This document shows positions 50,131 to 60,920 of a stretch of 64,000 bases of DNA, piece by piece. The first letter of the stretch is position 1; each line of letters opens with the position of its first letter. Both the position numbers and the translations under genes were made by a program. Source of the stretch: Mobula hypostoma (taxonomy: Eukaryota); assembly GCF_963921235.1 (NCBI RefSeq), contig NC_086097.1, positions 129,334,001-129,398,000 of the forward strand, in the 5' to 3' direction. The notes under the pieces were generated by a model. That model did no database searches. It was not told the DNA's origin and saw only the letters and a program-made list of their open reading frames with translations.

Positions 50131-50905
50131 TGGAGTGTGATATGAGAGAGGGAAGATTCAAAGGAGACCTGACAAACAAGATTTTCTACACACAGGGTGA
50201 TGGCTATATAGAAAGATCTAGAGGAGGAAGGAGTAGGGTTGGTACAGTTACAACATTGAAATGATATCTAGACAAGAACATTGATAGGAAAGGTTCAGGG
50301 GAATGTGAGCCGCATGCAGCCCAATGGAGATGTATGAACTGGCTGTAAGACTCTATGACTCTTTACTGAGTGTGGGCTGGCATGGACACAGTAGACCATG
50401 AGATACAGGAGCAGAATTAGGCCATTTGGCCCATCGAGTCTGCAGCCCCTCTGCCTGTGAAATTTCTGTTGCTTGGTGACAATACAATGGCAAAACGATG
50501 CACAACTGTCTGGTCTCAATCTGCAGCAGCTGTGAGGTTCCTGATACAGCAAATCAAATAAACTCTAGACCAAGAACGACAGAACTAGATGTTGCGTTGG
50601 CTGGCAGAGTCAGTGAATTAACAAATGTCAAGTTAAGCTCCCTGAAATACAGAAAACAAATGGCACGCTATTATAATAGGATCATTAGTTTATTGAGGGC
50701 TGTGTGGTGTCTGGTGGTGCGTGGAGTGTAGAAAATGGCACTGCAGAATTCTCCAAATCTATATCCACTCCCAGCATTCAGCAGGGTGACACATTTTAGC
50801 CTCAGGACACAGTGCTCGTCATCAGATGTTGCCACCCAACCTTTACTCCTTGCACTCTTGGGAAAGCAAATATCAGCCCAGATCACATAGGACCTCGCTG
50901 TGTCC

Positions 50906-51079
<174 letters not shown>

Positions 51080-52261
51080 TTTCACAAAAGGAGCACAAAG
51101 ATACAAGCCTGCTGATGAAACAGATGCAACTTTCTCATCCTTTTGTTCAGCTGGGATTGGGCACACGCAAACTACGCGCCAACAAAAAATAAATAAATCA
51201 AACGGAACTTGCTGTCATTTTCGCCACCTCTCCCTGCCGCGCCAGCCTAAGGGAGCCGATGTTTTATTTTAAAACAGGGATTGGCATAAACACTATTGTC
51301 TGATTTCTCATAGCTAAGTACCTCTGTGAACTCAACGTCAGCATCTGGTTGGTATTACACGCTGACAGAGGGAGTAGCGGGGAGGGGGTAGTGGGTTCGA
51401 ATATAACAGGGCTCCAGCGTTACCACGGCGTTTCTCTGACAGACAGGAATACAGGAGCCTGTTCCAAAACACACCATGGGTATCCTAGCCAGGGAAGGGA
51501 CTCAGTGCAAGTGTTTTTTTCTCCCCAAGGCAGATGAAGAAATGTGTTAACAGTGCTAATGGTGCCAAGTATTATGCTTCGTTAAAAATTTAATCACCTG
51601 CAAGTGCGAAGCAAGTGCAAAGCAATCATGTTGTAATTAGCACAGCAATTAACACATTTTTTCCCTGATACCGGTCTGCATTATAAAGAAGTGCATGATT
51701 GCCATACTTAATGCTTTTGACAGATTTGAGTTTCCTATCAGGAAGTATTAATTTTGTCAAATTGAAATTCGGACTTGGTGACTGATGTCAATTTTGACTG
51801 CGCTACGCTACTCCACGTGTAACAGTGCACCAAGAAGACATGAAAATTCATTTCAAGAACAGAGGAAATCGTAAATGAGTTTCTTTCTCTCTCTCTCTCT
51901 CTCTCTCTCTTGGCCCCCCCCCCCCCCCGCAGTCCTTGGCCTGCTTTCTCCCAGGTCTATGGTGGGAGATGAGGTTAGTGCAGGGACCACTTTGCGACAG
52001 GTAGGGAAGGTGATGCTAGACAGGAGCAGCCAGGTGGGTTGGTTCTTCAATGGAGCTATTTCCATATTTTTCATTGGACTCCACTTGCCTCCATACAGAC
52101 TCGCGATCCTCTCTGCCTCCAGGCCTGGGCTTCCCATGAGTCAGTGAAAATACTATAGCTTGTTCAATGAGACTTTGAGAACATCTCTGATGCAAAGAAA
52201 TACAAAGACAGTAGGACTCTAATTAACTGTCTTTCTACCAATAAACAATACAGTTTATAAA

Positions 52262-52432
52262 GACACACAGGGAGAGTGCCGATGCTGGAATCTAGAGCAA
52301 CAAACGATCTGCTGGAGGAACTCAATGCATCCAGCAGCATCTGTGGGAGGAAAGGAATGAGCAGGTTTGACAATTCCTTTCCTCCCACAGATGCTGCTTG
52401 ACCTATTAAGATCTTCCAGCATATTGCTTGTT
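52262..52432. mobile_element. Palindromic pLTR-derived repeat with a perfect 26-bp inner stem
   Basis: agcagcatctgtgggaggaaaggaat (52333-52358) / attcctttcctcccacagatgctgct (52373-52398). Confidence 0.85.
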
Positions 52433-52440
52433 AATGAATT

Positions 52441-52505
52441 TTATAAATGTTCCCGTGGAAGAGAATTATAAATGTTCCTGTGGAAGAGAATTATAAATGT
52501 TCCTG
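52441..52505. repeat. 25-bp minisatellite, about 2.6 copies
   Basis: ttataaatgttcc(c/t)gtggaagagaa repeated. Confidence 0.9.
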
Positions 52506-52805
52506 CTTTAGATAGGCACAAATATGCATCAATAAATCCAGGAAATTTTTGTTTTTACTTATTGCTGTTGCAGTTACCCGCCATCCTGCTCTGGTGAAGA
52601 TTTTGGGACCTCAAGACCAGGAATTTAGGTTTGACCATGTTTAGAAGGTGTTTAAGCACATACATTTTCTTCCTGGGGACAGGGGAGTCTGCAGATGCTG
52701 GAGTCCTGGTGCTGGCATTGAGCTGAAATACCTACCCTCCTTCACCCTCTACAGATGCTGCCTGACCTATTGAGTTCCTTCAGCAAATTGTATTTTCCCA
52801 CATTT

Positions 52806-54651
52806 TGTAATGGTCCAGTCCGTGAAGTCTGCATTCCAGTTCCTGGTCCGGTCCGTGGATTCCGTATTCCAGCTATTCCTTTCTCCCCTTATTCCGTTGG
52901 GCGCCTTAATTGAGGCACCTGATTCTCGTTTCGGGCTGGCAACATGAATAGCTCTGGGGTCCAGTGATTCCTTGCTGGAACATCCTCGTCAGTAACCTCA
53001 TCAGTAGCCTCCTCCGAATCCCCGTCAAGTTAACCCGCCGCATCGAGGGCTTGATGCTTCTTGGAGCCTTTTCGTGTCAAGATAAAGAACAGTCTATTGT
53101 TGTGTGGTTTTTTCTGTCCGTGTTCACTCCTCCGCTGGGTAAGTCCAGCCCCTGAGCGGGGAGTGGTCTCAGTGTTTTGTGCCCAGTATCTAAGAAGAAT
53201 CTCGGCTCTATGTCCTGTGTCCAAAGAGGAGCCCTGGCTCAGTGTTCCATGTCTTGTGCCTAAGTCAAGTTTGAGCCTAGTCCAAGCCGAGAGTCAAGTT
53301 CCAAGTCCAAGCCAGGTCTGATTCAAGTCCAAGCCAGGTCAGAGTCAAGTCCTAGCCAAGTCCGAGTCCTAGTCCAAGTCCAAGCCAAGAGCCAAGTCTA
53401 GACCCTGGTGCCCAGTCCCCGCCAAAATCCGAATCCCGAGTCATGACCTGTGTTCCCTGTCAAGTTCAAGTCCCAAGTCCAAGTCCAGGTTTCCTGTTTG
53501 TCACTCTTCGCCTACCTTCATGTTATCATTTTGTCCTCGCTCCTTGGCTTCCCTAGCATTCTTAATAAACATAGTCCAGTTCCTATTACTTCAGTGTCTG
53601 TGTCTCGCATTTGGGTCCGCTTCCATCGCCCCCTTACGACAGAACAGCCCAGTCAAACATGGACCCAGCGACACAGACACTGTCGGTAAACTCTCACCAT
53701 TCAGGGTTCCCTCTTGTTGAAAACACCCCACCTGCCCAGGTCCTTGATAATCCGGGAAAGCCTGTTGGGGGGGAGGTACTGTCATGGTCTGATCCATGAA
53801 GTCCACATTCCGGTTCATGGTCCAGTCCATGGATTCCGTATTCTGGCTATTCATTTTTTCCCTTGTTCCGTTGGATGCCTTAATTGAGGCACCTGATTTT
53901 CATTTCAGGCTGGCAACATAAATAGCTCTGGGGTCCAGTGATTCCTTGCTGGACCGTCCTCGTCAGTAACCTTGTCAGAACACCCGTCAAGTTAACCTGC
54001 TGTGTCAAGGGCTTGCTGCTTCTTGGAGCCTTTTCATGTCAAGATAAAGAACAATCTGTCATTGTGTGGTTTTGTCTCTCCGTGTTCTCTCCTCCACTGG
54101 GTAGGTCTGGCCATTTGCCACTACCCTGAGGGGGAACGGTCTCAGTGTTTTGTGCCCTGTGCCTCAGAAGAGTCCCAAGTCTATGTCCTGTGTCCAAGGA
54201 GGAGCCCCAGCTCCGTGTTCTGTGTCCTGTGTCTGTCAAGCCTGAGCCTAGTCCAAGTCGAGAGTCAAATTCCAAGTCCAAGTTGAGAGTCAAATTCCAA
54301 GTCCAAACCAAGACAGAGTCACGTGTCAAGTCCAAGCCAGGTCAGAGTCAAGTGTCAAGTCCAAGCCAGGTCAGAGTCAAGTGTCAAGTCCAAGCCAAGA
54401 GCTAAGTCTAGACCCGGGTGCCGAGTCCCTGACAAGGCCTGAGTCCTGAGTCATGACCTTTGTTCCCTGTCAAGTTCAAGTCCCAAGTCCAAGTCCAGGT
54501 TTCCAATTTGTCACTCTTCGTCTACTTTCATGTTATCATTTTGTCCTCGCTCCTTGGCTTCCCTAGCATTCTTAATAAACATAGTCCAGTTCCTAGTACT
54601 TCAGTGTCTGTGTCTTGCATTTGGGTCCACTTCCATTGCCCCCTTATAACA
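52806..54651 (+). mobile_element. Non-autonomous Gypsy (sushi/chromovirus-like) element: two LTRs around a 138-bp internal region
   Basis: LTR1 52806-53641 and LTR2 53780-54651 both TG...CA, with a TATA-like cataaata and aataaa. The internal part has a gag-like start ATGGACCCAGCG (MDPA) and a PPT gggggggaggtac. Near-TSD cattt / cactt. Confidence 0.88.
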
Positions 54652-55089
54652 CACTTTCCTTTTGGATAGTTATTGATCATCCCCTATACATGCGTACTGG
54701 CATGTACTTTTGTGTCTGTACATGTAGGTGCAGGTGTGCATTCATGAGTGTGTGCATTTGTGTGTTCATAATAAGTGGAACTAGATAAGGGTGAGATAAT
54801 GAGCAGCTGGAAGTGGTGGAGGGGGAGTGGAAGGGGAGAGGAAAGGTAGGCCAAAGGAAAAGAAAGATGGTATTGACAATATAATGTTGGTGAATTGGTG
54901 GTTACAGCCCAGTGGTTGTGGGTGGAATGGGAGACATTCTGTGAGTAGTTTGTGCACCAGCTCAATGTTATCCATGAGGGATATGAGCATGGGCTTCCTG
55001 CAGATTGGCACACAAATACCACCAGGAGATATTCATTTGTACCTACTACCACCCCCAAATAAAGATGAGCATAGAATAATACAGCAACG

Positions 55090-55610
55090 GAATAAGCCCC
55101 TTGGTCCATAATGGGCAACCATGATGCCAATTTAAGTTGCATATCTGCCCACATGTGGTCTATATCCCACAATTCCCTGCTGCTTCATGTGTCGGTCTAA
55201 ATACTTCTTAAAATATTGTTATGTTATCTATTTCCATCCCTTCCCCTGAAAGGTTGTTCCAGAAAACTCTGTATATAAAAAAAAACTTGCCGGGGAAATA
55301 TCTTTAAACTTTCCTCCCTCTCACTTTAAACCTATATCCTCTTAATCTGACACTTCCATCCTGAGAAAAAGAGTCTGACTAAATAACCCCTCATAATTTT
55401 ATAAGCTTCATTCAACCTCTAATGCTCCAGATAAAACAATCCAAGTTTGTCCAATGCCTCCTTACAGCAATTACTCCCTAATCCATGCAACTTCCTAGTA
55501 AATCTTATACACCCTCTCCACAGCCTCCTCATGCCTTCCTGTGCATTGACCAAAATTCCATTCTCTAAATGAGGCCTAACCAAAGTTGAATACAGCTGCA
55601 ACAATATGCC
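55090..55610 (-). mobile_element. Old CR1 3' fragment
   Basis: LLQLYSTLVRPHLE...LDKLGLFYLE (ORF 55419-55652). Confidence 0.75.
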
Positions 55611-56284
55611 TTGAAATACTCTAAAAGCATTAACAAACACTTCAATAAACATGTCTAAACATTTAAATGTCTAAAAAAAATGGTATTAGCTAACTGCTAG
55701 CACTGACTGCATTGATACTTACAAGTCTGATTTTGAAATTACAAGATGCAACTATGTAAACATTGGCAGCTTGCTATTAGAAAAGAGTGCACAGTAGGGA
55801 TCTACGTGACAAAAATAGTCTGGAAATTGATCTTGTAGGGACAATGGAAGGTTTCATATTGCACATATGGATATAAACGTACTTATCCAAAAATACACCT
55901 TGCAGAGACACTAACTCATGGATAGCAAATCAGTGGATAAGAAGAAGTGAGTGCAGGCAGCTCCATAGGTATGGAGAGGTTGGACGAACTCGGTACCAGG
56001 CCTTGCCTAAATTTAGAATTTTGGAGATGGCTTATTGATAATCAAAATCTTAAATTTCTTTGACACTTTAAGCTAAAGGTGTCAAAACATTCCGAGATGA
56101 TCCATAGGAGCGTTGTCAATTTAAACCTGACATTGAGCCATGTAAGGAGATAGTAAGTACTATATCCTTCATAACTCAATGTTAATTTTGTGGCTTCAAA
56201 TCACAGATCTTTTTTCTTTTGTAGAGTTGGTGAAAATAATTGCTCGGGTGTTGCCATTTACCTCTTCACTCTATCCCCTGCAAC

Positions 56285-56830
56285 AGCCAGGATCTCCCTG
56301 AGGCCAGTTACATTAATTCCGTTTACCACTCCTACACCAACATGCTTGTTCATGGCCGCCTCTGCTGTAAAATTGAGGCTAGACACAGATTAGAGGAACA
56401 ACACCTCATATTCCACCTGGGTGCTCTCCAACCCAGTGTATGAACATCAATTCCTCTAACTTCCAGTAACCACTCCCTTCTGTCCATTTCACCACCTTCA
56501 CCCATTGCCCTTTGTTTTCTCTTATCCCACTGGCCCCACCAATCCATCTGTTACCCCTCGCCTGCCCCTCAACCTGCCATCACCCACACATTCCTCTCTT
56601 TATTCCATGGCCCACTCCTATCAAATTCCACCTTCTTTGGCCTTTTGATTCTTCTATGTATCACCTCCCCAATTCCAGCACTATTTCAGCTATCCCCGGC
56701 CCCATCTGCATATAACCACTCTTCATCTGGATCCACCTATCACCCACCAGCTCACACTTTTACACTGCTTCTCTCCTCTTTTACCTTCCAGTCTTGATGA
56801 GGTGTCTTGATGAGGTGTCTTGACCAAAGC
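56285..56830 (+). mobile_element. Penelope-like (Neptune-type) 3' end
   Basis: QDLPEASYINS..HSYTNMLVHG...RHRLEEQHLIFHLGALQP (ORF 56240), a pyrimidine tract, then agtcttgatga (hammerhead-core-like). Confidence 0.75.
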
Positions 56831-56834
56831 ATTC

Positions 56835-57890
56835 CTGGCCACCAAGCTAGTCCCAGTTCCTTATGTTCAGCCCAGACCTCTCTGAGACCTGCCCTCCATG
56901 CACGGGATCTATCTAAGTACTTTTTAAATTATACTATTGTACTTGTGTCAACCACTTCCACTGGCAATTCATTACAAAAACACATCAGCCTCTGCATGAA
57001 AAAGTTGACCCATAGGCCACCTTTAAATCTTTCCCTTCTCACCCCTATGCTCACTAGTTTTCAAGTCCCCTGCCCTGGGAAAAGACTGTTACCATCTTCC
57101 CTATTTGTGCCTTTGATCATTTTAAACATTTCTAGAAAGTCGCCCTTCATTCTCCTTCGGACCAAGCAAATAAAGAGCCTGGCCAACCTCTCCCTATAAC
57201 TCAGACCTTCTGGTCCTGGCAGCATTCTTATAGATCTTCTCTGCACTCTTTCGATCTTAACCACGTCTTTTCTATAACCATAGCCATACACGGTACTCCA
57301 AATGCAGCTTCACCAACAACTTACACAAGTGCATCATAATACACTTTTACTACTTTTAGACACGGACATTGACATTGACACAGACTACAGCACAATTTTC
57401 AGCTCACAATGTTGTGCCAACCCTTTAACCAACTCCAAGATCAATCTGGCCCTTCCCTCCCACATAGTCCTCCATTTTCCTTTCATCAATGTGGCTATCT
57501 AAAAGTCTTTTAAATATCCTGAATGTATCTGCCTCTGTCACCAGCCCCGGCAGCAAATTCCAACCCCTCTATACAAACACCTTATCAATATGTTCCCTCA
57601 TATTAGCCAATTCCACCCTGAGAAAAAAAATCTCTGCCTGTCCACTCTACCCAGGCCTCTTATCTTCTTGTACATCTCTATCAAGTCATATCTCATCCTC
57701 CTTGTCTAAAAAGAAATGCTCAAACTATCCTCACAAGAAATACTTTGTAGCATCCTGTTAAATCTCCTCTGTACCCTCTCTAAAACTTCCACATCCTCCC
57801 TATCGTGAGGCAACCAGAACAGTACAAACACTCCAAAGCGTCGCCTACCCAGAGTTTTATGGAGCTGCAACATGGCTCATGGCTTTTGAA
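56835..57890 (-). mobile_element. Two adjacent old CR1 3' fragments (about 56835-57330 and 57375-57890)
   Basis: YRKDVVKIERVQRRSIRMLPG.EGLSYRERL (ORF 57061-57291); the second copy has aaatctcctctgtaccctctc. Confidence 0.7.
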
Positions 57891-58129
57891 CATTTGTCTC
57901 TCAATCTCGCCTCATTTCCATTCTATCGCCACCCCCTGTTTCTGTTCCTTCTTCTCGGTTTCTATCCCACTACCTTCTCCTCACTTCAATAAAAACAGTT
58001 CATTTTCCAATTCCCCATCTGTTTCGACTTCAACCTTTTTAAAAATTTTTGCATGGCTAATCCCCGAATGGGTGCGTACAGTAAGCAGATCCTACTTTCA
58101 TTAGGCGAAATGTTTGAGAAGGCAGAAAC

Positions 58130-58735
58130 AAAAACAGAAAAAGCCAGAAATACTCAGCAGATCAGGCCGCAGCTTCGAGAAGGAAAACAGGGTTAGCACT
58201 TCAGGACTTTCACCAGGACTGAAAAGGAGACAAATGAGGTTTGTAAAGCTGCGGCAATACACAAAGTGCCAGAGGAGTTCAGTGTGCCAGGTAGCCTGGA
58301 CACTTGACATCAAGACCCTTCAGCGGACTGAAAGAAAGAGAAGAGATACCCAGTTTAAAAAGATGGAGAGAATGGTTGGCAGGCGATAGATGGATCTAGG
58401 TAAGGGAAATGATGTGGCTAAGGGAGGAGTATATTTCAAAATGATGACAGAAGCAGGGACTTGATAGGTGGAACTGAGAAAGGGTTAAAGATGATGAAAT
58501 CTGATAGAATTGGAAGAATGAGCATGGGATAAAGGGTGGGGAGGGAAACCAGTGAGGGGAGTGTGTGAGGGTGGGGGGCAAATGGAGAGGGTGGGTGGGG
58601 AAAAGAGAGGTTGGCAGTGGGAGATTATTGAATCAGGAAGAGAACGAAAAGAAAAATGTGGGAAAAGGGGCAGAGGGAGAGCACTTACGCATAGTTAGAG
58701 AATTCAGATTTCATGCCACCAGGTTGTAAAGCTGC
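58130..58735 (-). mobile_element. Penelope-like 3' end/pLTR, degenerate
   Basis: Purine-rich mirror of 40350-40800 (agttagagaattcagatttcatgccaccaggttg; gacccttcagcggactg). Confidence 0.65.
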
Positions 58736-59679
58736 AGCGAGGGTGGGAGAAGGGAAGACTAAACCACAGTTAGGCACGTAGTTTTACTCCTCATCTTAAA
58801 GTACGGAAGAGAGGTCAAAATTTTACAGGGAATATTGCAAATCTTAACCAATGGGCTGGCGTAAGCCAATGGTTACAATTGGACTCAAATGTGGTCAAAT
58901 ATTCTGGAACGAGTGTTTGAGCTCAGAAGCAAAGAAAACTTTTGTAGTTTTCCTAGGGAACCCTTCGGGGTTAAGGAGGAATTGTTTCCACTCCAGTTCT
59001 GTTGGTTGATAAGGTCAGTGGGTTAGGAGGTGCTGGATGGAGCAAGATGTGTAGGCATTCTTTCACAATGAAGGACTGATATTGGCTTTGAAGAAAGAAG
59101 TCATTGTATTTGAGAGAGAAAATCAAAGATTTCACTTTTGTGAAGAAAGTGGAGATTGAATGAACACAAAACACTGCAGGAAGTCAGTGTGTCCAGCTGC
59201 ACCTATAGAGGGATATGAACAGTTAATGTTCTTCCTACACCAAAGTAGGATCATGCAGGATTTACAAACTTTCTGACATTGTGATAGTATCTAATGTGAA
59301 ACTATTTTAACTGGCAGGTGGGAATGTAAACACAGACTAAGGGCACTTAGCGAAAGAGCAGAGACTTCCCCCAAGGTTGAGGAGTCCACAACTGGGAGGC
59401 AATAGGATTAGGGTGAGAGGGAAAAATTTGGAAACGGTGGTGAGTTTTTGAAATGAACTGTCAGAGAAAATGGTTAGACAGGCACATAGAATCATCTAAG
59501 AATCCTTTGGATAGGTACATGAAAGGGCGGAGCTTAGAGGCATATGAACTGAAGGCAGAAACCTGAGACTGGACAGGTGGGCTCCATGGTTGGCATGTAT
59601 GGGTTGGGTAGAAACGTCTGCATCCATGCTCTAAATCATATCTGTGCTGTATTGTTCTACGACTCACTAAAATCACTAG

Positions 59680-60920
59680 AATCTAGAATGGTTCCGGAAG
59701 ACTGAAAAATTACAAATATCGTCCCACTCCTTAAGAAGGGAGGGAGGCAGAAGAAAGGAAACTATGCCTTTGACAAGATGTAGCACATGAGCCTGCTGAA
59801 CCAGATAAGAGTCCAAGTGTTATAGGAAAGATGCTAGCAGGGATGGACGATTGGCTGACTGGCAGAAGGCAAAGAGTTGGAGTAAAGGGGGCCCTTTCTG
59901 GTTGGCTGCCGGTGACTAGTGGTGTTCCACAGGGGTCAGTGTTGGGACCACGTTTTTTCGTGATAGATATGAATGATTTTGATGATGGTATTGAAGGCTT
60001 TGTGGCCACGTTTGCCGATGATACAAAGATTGTTGGAGGGGTGGGTAGAGTTGAGGAAGCAGGGTGCCTACAGGACTTAGACAGATTGGGAGAATGGGCA
60101 AAGAAGTAGCAGATGGAATATAGAGTAGGGAAGTATATGGTCATGCGCTTTTGTAGAAGCAAAAAAGGCATAAACAATTTTCCATATGGGGAGAAAATTC
60201 AAAATTCAGAGGTGCAAAGGGACTTGGGATTCTTTGTGCAGGAGTCCCTAAAGGTTATCTTGCAGGTTGAGTCAATGGTAAGCAAGGTAAATAAAATGTT
60301 AGCATTAATTTTGATAGGATTAGAATATGAGAGGAAGGATGCCATGTTGAGGCTTTATAAGCCATTGGTCAGGCTGCACGGAGTATTCTGAGCAGTTTTG
60401 GGCCCACATCTTAGAAAAGGTGTGCTGACATTAGAGATGGACCAGAGGACGGTCATAAGAATGATTCTTGGAATGAAAGGGTTAACATATTAGGGGCATT
60501 TGATGGCTCTGGGCCTGTATTTGCTGGAATTTAGAAGAATGAGGGGGGATCTCATTGAAATCTATCGAATATTGAAAGGCCTTGTTAGAGTGTATGTGGA
60601 AAGGGTGTTAGTTTAGGACTAGAGGGCACAGCCTCATAATGGAGGAACGTCCATTCAGGATATAGATGATGAGGAACTTCTTCAGCCAGAGGGTGATGAA
60701 TCTGTGGAATCCATTGCCACCGACAGCTGTGAAGGCCAAGCCATTCAGTATATTTAAAGTGAAGGTTGATAAGTTCTTGATTACTAAGGGCTTCAAAGGT
60801 TATTGGGGGGAGCCAGGAAAATGGGATTGAGAGGGGTAATAAATCAACCGTGATGGAATGGCAGAGCAGGCTCAATGGGCTGAATGGCCTAATTTTGCTT
60901 GTATGTCTTATGGACTCAAG
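59680..60920 (+). mobile_element. CR1 LINE ORF2 remnant with internal deletion
   Basis: WLTGRRQRVGVKG...SGVPQGSVLGP, FADDTKIVG (ORF 59831) and tail atgggctgaatggcctaatt. Confidence 0.9.

Noticed and set aside
52441..52505. CRISPR-like direct repeats
   Set aside because: Contiguous 25-bp tandem units without spacers, in a eukaryotic context with no cas genes.
52806..54651. Simple local tandem duplication
   Set aside because: TG..CA ends, PPT, gag start and near-TSD show these are paired LTRs.
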